Assembly: GCF_009914755.1 (NCBI RefSeq)
Contig: NC_060946.1
Source of the DNA: the human T2T-CHM13v2.0 reference genome, Homo sapiens
Strand: one strand, 5' to 3'
DNA: 64,000 nucleotides
The notes below the pieces were generated by a model that was given only the letters and a program-made list of their open reading frames with translations, was not told the DNA's origin and made no database searches. Of this stretch, positions 53,993 through 64,000 are shown in pieces. The translations under genes were made by a program, and so were the position numbers. The stretch's first letter is position 1; each line of letters starts with the position of its first letter.

Positions 53993-54887
53993 TCTCCCTT
54001 GTCTTACTGACATAACCCCAAGGTAAGAAAGCAAATGTGATTTATTCATCTTTTTTTATTGATATCAAGGGAAAAAATTTTATCCAGGCCAGGAGTGGCA
54101 TGTAGGAATTAAATCTCTGCTGGTTTGCTCAACTAAGTTCTTACATCTAGACCAGCAGCAACAACCAGTGTTTGGTCCTTACGCATGCTTCTGGCTTCTG
54201 GTCACACGGGTAGTTAAACCCGCAGATGAGGCAAAGCATCCCCTCTGTACCTCCCCAGCCTCAGCTGATGGTACTAAGTTTCTGCAGCCCTTCATGCTTA
54301 GGGCATTACTTTCGTTTTACTATTTTCCTTGTGGAAGGAAACAGTTCAAGAGTTACACTTGGCTTTTTCTGCCATAAGGACTTCACCTCCTGGGTCAGAA
54401 AAACAATTGTGTGATTGTGCCACTTGCTATGAATGTCTATTGCAACTCTATACTCAGGAACTGGATAAAGAACCACAGGATGCTCTTGCTGGCCTGTTAG
54501 ACCCAGAGTGAGACTAATTCAAATCAAGTTTCATGCATCATCTGACCCCCATAAACCCCGACACAGACGGGTTGGCAACTGTGGTGTTTGGGGTCTCCAG
54601 GGATTAGCATCATCAGCTCAATAGTGTCCAGTAATCCCAGAGGTTGGAGTATGTCTCTTTCTGAACAGTCACCCTGGTAAATGACCACATTTCCCTCTGG
54701 GAGAGGTTTGGAAGAAAATTTAAAGCATACATGTGTAACTACCTTGCAAGGTGATTCTCCAGAGGGACTGAACCTTCCCCCGAAAATGATCTGAAGCGTG
54801 TAAAGTGGCATAAATTACAGGGAACTTGTAATCAAATAGCCACTACCACAGTTCCCTGCAGATCAAACACTGGAAACAGCTCTGTGA

Positions 54888-55633
<746 letters not shown>

Positions 55634-55758
55634 TGAAGAAAGTGCTCTCTGCACCTCTTAGTCGTATGGTTTAGAGGTAGCTGAGCACGTTGCAAATAAG
55701 GAAGTTGCTCAGTTCTTTTGAGCCACCCAAATACAACAATCCTTTCGAGCCTTCAGAC

Positions 55759-55872
55759 TAGGGTAACCAACTGTCCTGGTTTACCTGGAACTGAGGAGTT
55801 TCCCAGGATGCAGGACTCTCAGTTTTATAACCAGGGACATTTCAGGCACACTGGCTCGAGTCAGCTACCTCA
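55759..55872 (+). mobile_element. MER81-like hAT-Blackjack MITE
   Basis: tagggtaaccaactgtcctggtttacctggaactgaggagtttcccaggatgcaggact. Confidence 0.7.
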
Positions 55873-56752
55873 CTTCAGAATTCTGACTCTAAAATACAGC
55901 GGGAGAGATTCTGTGTCTCAACTTCAATGCACGTTCGTCACAGCTGAGCCCAGACAGAACAAGGGATCAGGACTTTTCACAGCTGCTCTAGTGAAGACTT
56001 CTAGGTCCTTTTCAATACCTACGGTCTGATCCAATTTAAATTTCATCCATTTTGGTCAAGCATGCTCAGAATCCATCCTTAAGCCAGCTCTCAGGTCCTT
56101 GCTGATCCAAATTGATGACAGCTTGCAATTCCTTTGCTATGTAGGCTACCTCCTCACAGAACAGACCTCACGGGTCTCCCTCTCCGCTGAGCTAGGACTT
56201 TCCTACACTATGAGGTGCCATGGGCCTTCGCTTATGAGGAAACCCAGGTGACGTTACTGGAAGCTCTTCATGCAGCAGGATATTAATTTATCAGAAACAG
56301 TAGGAGGGGTGGCCTCCACCAGCAAGAGATCTTCATGGGAATTTGGAGAGTCAAGGCTCCCAGCTCCCCTTTAGGCTTTAATCTTAATATGGAGACTAGC
56401 ACAATTTGGAGATTTAAGTCCCTTATTCTTATTTAAATCCCGTTCTTGTTCTAATCTCTCCAGGGACATGACCCTATGCCAGCCCACACCACAGTCTTGG
56501 TCATCACTCCTGTTTCCATGGTGTTAACAGCAGCAGTTACTTGGTTACGGAGAGCTTTTCCTTACGCCAGCACCCTATCCATATCGCTTGGACAGTACGT
56601 ACACAATGGTGATGTTATTGCTCGTCATGTATTACTAGTAAGAGCTTTGTCCCAGCAAGGAAGCCACCCATGCATCCACCAAACATGAGAAACTCAATCC
56701 CCAAATCTCGTTTTGAAGTTCTGGTTCCTAGTCCATTCCTAGTAGCCACAAT

Positions 56753-57180
56753 TAGATCAGTCAGGGTCTTAGGAGGAAAAAACATTCACACAGATGTTTT
56801 AAATGAAGGGACCTTAATGACTAAACTACTAACAGACCTGTTGGCATATTAAGGAAAGAAATGAGAGAGATGGGGAAACTAAGGACTGGTAACAGCTGGA
56901 AGGCTTTGCCACCCTAAGAATCAAACAGGGAAGGGAAAGATGCAGCGTTACCGGGTCCTGTGTGAGCTGGCATGAAGCCCGGGAGGTACCACCATGGAGG
57001 CATGGGGCTTCCTGATAAGTGGTGAGGAAGAATGGATGGAGCAGGGAAGCAAGACCCCTTCCACCCACCGGCCCCCTGCTGCTGACCTCTTGGCCAAATA
57101 GGACAGAAGCCAGCTTGCAGGGGCTGCTATTCCGCCTGTGGGTATCAGGGCAGAAAGTGGGCAGTTTCAGGGCAGGTGGG
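56753..57180 (-). mobile_element. ERVL LTR (LTR41-like), 5' LTR of the adjacent internal remnant
   Basis: gatcagtcagggtc...ggactggtaacagctggaagg...caccctaag; abuts the PBS-like sequence. Confidence 0.55.
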
Positions 57181-57449
57181 GTCAGTCAACAATTCAGTTC
57201 ATCTTTTTCAGTTTTCTTTCTGGATGATTTTCAGATGCTGTCTTGTGGTGTTGGGACTGCAGTTTCATGAAAATATGTCTAGGTGTAGAGTTTGTTTTAT
57301 TCTGCTTAGATATAGAGTGCTTCCTATGTTGGTGGATCCATCTTTTTTGACATTATGGAAATTGTCTCTTTAAGTGTGTCTACTGCTGTATTCTTTTTTT
57401 TTTTTGTAGGAAAGCAAATATATGCGACTTTTTCATTCTGTTATCTAGA

Positions 57450-57700
57450 GGCAGTTTTGAATGGTGATTAAAAGCATGATTTCTGAAGAAGACTGCCTGG
57501 GTTTAAATCTTATTCCCCAAAGTTCCTAGCTGTGTGACCTTAGGCAAGTTACTTAAAATCTCCGTCCCTCTGTAATCTCACCATGTAAATGAGGGTGACA
57601 TTAGCACGGTGCAGGTTTGACGTGAGGATTGAATGGATGAATGTCAGGAAAGATCCAGGACATAATGGAAAAACTTATGTCTTACCTATTGTTGTTATTG
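57450..57700 (+). mobile_element. MIR, near full length
   Basis: gactgcctgggtttaaatc...ctagctgtgtgaccttaggcaagttacttaa...gtgaggattgaatg. Confidence 0.85.
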
Positions 57701-57728
57701 CTTGATATTAATGTTGTCTTCTTTATTA

Positions 57729-58590
<862 letters not shown>

Positions 58591-58839
58591 ATCGCTAACG
58601 TTATCTTGTAACTCTTCTATTAAACTCTCTATCTCCTTATCTCTCGAAGCTGCATTGAGTTATTTCTTCAGATACATCTTCTAGGTTCATATTTATTTTT
58701 CCTTTTTTAAAAGCAATTTCTAATTTGTTTTAACCATATGCATTAACTTTTTAACTTAAACATTGTTTTTTATGTATAAAGGTTATTTTTAGAAAATGTT
58801 TGTTAATTTTGTTTATAAACTTAAATTTAGTAAATTGCT

Positions 58840-59138
<299 letters not shown>

Positions 59139-59481
59139 CAGAATATTGCTGACACCGTAAAAGCCTCCTAACTGCCCTCCTTGTCAATAATCCCCTGAGA
59201 ATAAAAAGAGATGAGTCTCCAACTTCAGGAAAGGAAATAGAAGGCTGGCATTCTTTGGCCCTAATTACAAGCTGTAAACTAGTAAACAAAGACCTAGTTT
59301 AAAGTGGCCCCAATAAACTAGCAACACTCTAGGTACAAAAGTCCACCAATCCCTAAACTCCACACTTTCCTAAAATACTTAAGTGATAGGAGCTTTCTGT
59401 TTTGCTTGATAAAGCTGTTTTTTGGAATCTGGCTTCCAACATCAGCATGCACCTGCGATCATATCTGCGATTCATGCGCGT

Positions 59482-60091
59482 TGTATCAGGGTTCTCCAGA
59501 GAGACGGCACCTATAGGATAGATAGTTAGATATATAGATGATTGATAGGTAAATAGATAGATAGATAGATAGATAGGGAGAGAGTTATTAGGGGAATAGG
59601 CTCACATGATTATAGTGGCTGAGAAATCCCATGAAAGGCCATCTGCAATTTGGAGAAGCAAAGAAGCTGGGAGTGTGGCTCAGTCCAAGTGCAAAAACTT
59701 CAGAACCAGCAAAGCCAGTGGTGTAACTCTCAGTCCAAGGATGAAGGTCTGAGGACCCAGAGGACTGCTCTTGCAAATTGTGGAGTCCAAAGGCCAGAGA
59801 ACCTGGAGTTCTAATGCCCAAGGGCAGGAGAGCCAGTGTGCCCCATCTCCAGGAGAGAGGGAGCAAGTAAGCAAACTCTTTCTTCCTCTGCCTTTTTGTC
59901 CTGTTCAGGCCCTCAGCCAGTTTAATCGTGCTTGCCACACTGGGTGACAGAGGATGTTCCTTACTCAGTCCACAGATTCAGATGCCAGTCTCTTCCAGAA
60001 ACACCTTCACTGACACACCGAGAGCTGATGCTTTACCACTATCTGGGCACCCCTTAGTTCAGTCAAGTTGATCCCTAAAATTACCCATCAC
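59482..60091 (-). mobile_element. MLT2B-like ERVL solo LTR containing a (GATA)n tract
   Basis: cagggttctccagagagac...ggctcagtccaagt...ctcttccagaaacaccttcac...cagtcaagttga...aaaattacccatcac. Confidence 0.85.
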
Positions 60092-61493
60092 CCATGTTGA
60101 TGCTATAATGGGAGTTCATTGCTATAGTAGGAATAGTGCAAGGATTCAGCACGATTCATGAACCCATTACACTGTTGATGATAGGCATTTTGGTGCTTGC
60201 TAGTTTTGGACTATGACATCTAAAGCTTCCGGGAACACGCTTATGCATGTCTTGTGGATAGTATATGTAAATATTTGGGCATGTATCTAGGAACAAAATT
60301 GGTAGGTACAAAGTTATGGGCATGTTGAGACATATCACATATTGCTACATGGTTTTCCTAAGGAATTGCTCAAACATCAATTTACATCATTAAGTATCAG
60401 AGTTCAATCACTCCATATCATTCCAATGTTGGGTACTATTGCTTTTTTTTTTTTTTTTTTAATTTAAGCCAGTTTAGTGGAAGCAGAGTGGCATCTCCTT
60501 CTGGTTTAATTTGCATTTTCCTGGAGACAACTTTTTTCCTTTTAGCCATTCGGGGATCCTCTGTTGAGAAGGGCCTATTCAAGTCTTTTGTTCGTTTTTC
60601 TCCGGGTGGGGTCTCTCTTTCTCATTATTTTGTAGAATTCCTGTTACATTTTAGTTATCTTTTAAAATATATTCAAATATACTTAATATATTTGAATTAG
60701 TACATTATCAATCAATTATTAATTAAAATAAGTTAAATATATTTAATTAAATATATTAAAATATATTCTCTCATAATATGGCATGGATTTTTGTTTTTAA
60801 TTTTATTAAGCCCTTCTTTTCAAATGGTGTAATTCACAGATATTGAATATATGCTTTGTTCTTTAAGTTTTGACAAACACATGTACCAGCATGGCCTGTA
60901 CCTCTATCAAGATACAAAGCAATCCCATCACACTGAAGGTTATGTTTTAGCCCTGTCCTGTCACTGCCTGCACTGCCCCTACTGAGGCCATTACTGCCTG
61001 GATTTCTAGCAGCATAGATGAGTTTTTCCTGCTCTAGAAATTCATATGAACAGACTCTTACAATAGATATAATTTTGTGAGTGGCTTCTTTCCCTCTGCG
61101 TGCTTTTGAGCTCCATCGTGCTGTCCAATATATTAGTAGTGTTATGCTTCTTGTTGCTGTGTGACTTTCCATTATATGGAAATACCGCAATTTGTTCATC
61201 CATTGTCTTGTTGATGGATATCTGTGTGGCTTCCAGTTTTGGACTACAGTGTTTAAAGCTACCAGTAACATTCATGTAAAAGATGTTTTATAGAAATATA
61301 TTTTCATTACCTCTCTAAATAAAACCAGTCAGTAGCTAGGTGGCTATATGTTTAACTATTTTAAAAAGTTTGCAAGCCACTTTACAAAGGGGTAGTTCTA
61401 TTGTGTATTCTCACTAGAAATATATGAGCAATATTTTTGTTTGAAATCTTTGCAAATATTTGTTGTTGTCAGTATTTTTCATTTGAGCCAGAA

Positions 61494-61664
61494 TTTTTAT
61501 TAAGAGATAGAATCTTGCTACATTGCCCAGGCTGAAGTGGAGTGGCTCTTCAGAGGTTCGATCATAGTGCACTATGGTCTCAAACTCATGGGCTCAAGCG
61601 ATCAATCCACCTGCCTTAACCTCCTAAGTAGCTGGGACTACAGGTGCACATCAGTGTGCCTGGC
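61494..61664 (-). mobile_element. FAM (fossil Alu monomer)
   Basis: Monomer retaining the 7SL-like segment agtggctcttcagaggttcgatcatagtgcacta, absent from dimeric Alus. Confidence 0.7.
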
Positions 61665-61721
61665 TTAATTTTAGCCATTCTTATGGGTGTGAAGTGGTTC
61701 CCACTTGGTATTAAATTGCAG

Positions 61722-61757
<36 letters not shown>

Positions 61758-61780
61758 TATATATATAAATATATATAATG
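61722..61780. repeat. (TA)n(CA)n(TA)n compound microsatellite
   Basis: Direct read. Confidence 0.9.
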
Positions 61781-63364
61781 TGTAAATTATATATTTATAC
61801 ACAATACAAATATATTTGTGTATTCTTTTTTAGATACATGTATCACAGATATTTTCTCCTACTCTATTGTTTCATTTCTAAATTTTAGTAGTATTTTTAA
61901 GAAGCAGAGTTTTTTACTTGATGAAATCTTTAAGAAAGTTTAAAGTTATTGCTGTTTATCTTCTCTAGAAAATCATTGCCTATCCAAGATCTAGAAAATT
62001 TATACATTTAGCTTTTCTCAATTTCTACAAAACCTTTAAGGTTTGATTAAGATTGCATTGAATCTATTCATTAATTTGGGGGATACCGACATATATGAAT
62101 ATTTAATTTCCTAATCCATGAAGAACATGTATGGTTCTTCATCATTACACCTTTTGAAATTAATCTCAATAATGTTTTATAGTTTTCAGTATAGTGATTT
62201 TGCAGATATTTCTGGTTTATTTATTTCTAGATATATTTTATGCTATTAAAATGTAAATATTTTATGTCATTTTCCATTTTCTTGCTGCTGCTCTAAGGAT
62301 ATGTAATTGACTTTTGCATATTGGCCTTGTTTTCTGCATCCTTGCTGAAATAACTTATCAGTGTTATATTTTTGTTCTGATAGATTTCTTGCTTTTCACA
62401 TAACAATTATGTCTGAAAATGAAGAACGTTTTGGTTTTCCTTTCAAATAATTAAGAGTTTATTTCTTATCCTTGCCTTATTATACTGGATAGAACCTTCT
62501 GCACACTATTCAATGTAATGGTAAGAGTAGAGTAGACATCCCTGCTTTGTTGCAAACGTCAGGAAAAAAGTGTGCAATATTTAACCATTAAGTATGATGT
62601 TAGCTCTAGGTAATGTTTGTAGATACTCATTAACAGATTGAGTCACTTTCCTGCAAGTAGTGGTTGGCTGAGAGTTTTCAATATGAATGGATATTGAATT
62701 TGGCCAAATACTTTATCTACATCTATTGAGATTATCATAAAATGTTCTTTGTTCTTTTAATGTTAATCAATTAATGTCTTAATGTTAAGCCAACCTTGCA
62801 TTCCTGTGATAAGCCTCACTTGCTTATAGTATATTTCATATTTATATATTGCTAGGTTCACTTTGCTAATAATTTATTAAGGATGATTGTTTTATTTATG
62901 TTTCTGAAGAACATTGTTTCTGAAGAATAATTTTCTGCTTTTGTTTTGTAATGTCTGTCAACTTTACTAAGTCATATTTTCCAAGGTATTTGTCTCTTTG
63001 ATTTCAGTTGTCATTGGTGTAAAGTGTTGGCCATAAATTGTTTATAACATTTTAATATCTGTAGGACATGTAGCAACATCTATTTTTTTATTCTTTACAT
63101 TGATATAATTTGTGTTTTCTTTTTTATTGATCAGTCTTGCTAGATGTTTTAAAATTTTAGCTTCTTAAGGCATCATTTAGATAATAAAATTTAAAATCTT
63201 TCTTGTTTTTAATATGAACATTTAAAACTCTAAATTTTCCAAAGGCACTGTATTTGTCTGCATTTTGCGAACTTTTGATTTGTTGCATTTTCATTATGAC
63301 TAAGTTTTAAAATATTTTCTAATGGCCCTTGTAACTTCTTTTTCACTCACGTTTTATTTAGATG

Positions 63365-64000
63365 TTCAGAGAATAGAAGATCAGTATATGAAAATCAATC
63401 ATATTTTTACTGACAGCAACAAATAATCAAAAAATGAAATTAACCAAAAAATTTCATTCACAATAACACCAAAGGAAACAGTTAAAAATAAATTTAACCA
63501 AATGATATATAACTTGTACAATGAAATGTATAACACATTGCTGAAAGAAATAAAATACCTAAATAAATTGAGAGCTATTTCATGTCTATGGATCTGAAGA
63601 TTCAATATTGTCACAATGAAAGTTCTCCTCAAATCCATTCATAAATTTCACAGAATTCCTCCCAAATCCCAAGTCAGGTTTTTGTGTAGAAATGGACAAG
63701 CAGATCCTAAAATATACATAGGAATAGAACAAAAAGAGAGACGAGGGTATACATGACTATATTTCAAAACAGTATAAAGCTACAACGATTAAGACGATGT
63801 GGTTTTGCTTTAAAGAAAGGTATACAGGTAATGGAACAAAATTTAGGGTCAAGCAATCTAGCCTTACATTTGTGATCAACTGATTTTTGACAAAGATGTC
63901 AAGGTGATTCAATGGAAGAAAGAATAGTCTTTTCAACAGATTGTGCTGGGACAATTGGATATGCACATGCCTAAAATAAATTAACGTAGACCCTCATCTC
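63365..64000 (+). mobile_element. Old L1M ORF2 remnant running off the window end
   Basis: aacacattgctgaaagaaat, caactgatttttgacaaagatgtcaagg, tcttttcaacagattgtgctgggacaattggatat. Confidence 0.85.

Larger units (their letters stand above)
60120..63360 (-). mobile_element. Old L1M fragments (3' UTR and ORF2)
   Basis: ttgattaagattgcattgaatctat, gacatccctgctttgttgc, ccattaagtatgatgttagct, gccaaccttgcattcctg. Confidence 0.8.

Noticed and set aside
63300-63420. L1 orientation switch as another twin-priming inversion
   Set aside because: Both sides are highly degraded, overlapping ORF2 regions appear on both strands, and no TSD can be tested because the element leaves the window

Overview
Primate (very likely human) non-coding genomic DNA: intergenic or deep intronic. 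I could not identify the locus. No protein-coding gene, RNA gene, CRISPR array or CpG island is supportable. The long ORFs in the track come from tandem or simple repeats, Alu or L1 remnants, or chance, and many start at GTG/TTG. A large part of the window is interspersed repeat. It holds 17 Alu-family elements (Y, S and J, a FRAM-like monomer and a FAM), L1 fragments of several ages, L2 and MIR relics, and MaLR, ERV1 and ERVL LTRs. It also has a decayed ERVL-type provirus fragment (LTR, PBS, gag, protease) and MITEs (MER53 x2, MADE1, MADE2, MER1A, MER81). Family names were assigned by eye from remembered consensus sequences, so subfamilies and boundaries are approximate. I found no convincing evidence of a new biological system. 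The strongest observations are: (1) one L1-endonuclease target site reused serially, leaving four copies of the same target-site sequence around two L1s (one 5'-inverted) and two Alus at 20883-22381; (2) three repeat-free, homeodomain/SOX/MEIS-motif-dense blocks that look like developmental enhancers, plus a perfect DR5 nuclear-receptor element; (3) a cryptic higher-order GT VNTR and an array of about 40 TGCATG motifs; (4) PRDM9-like and DUX4 motifs carried by MaLR LTRs.
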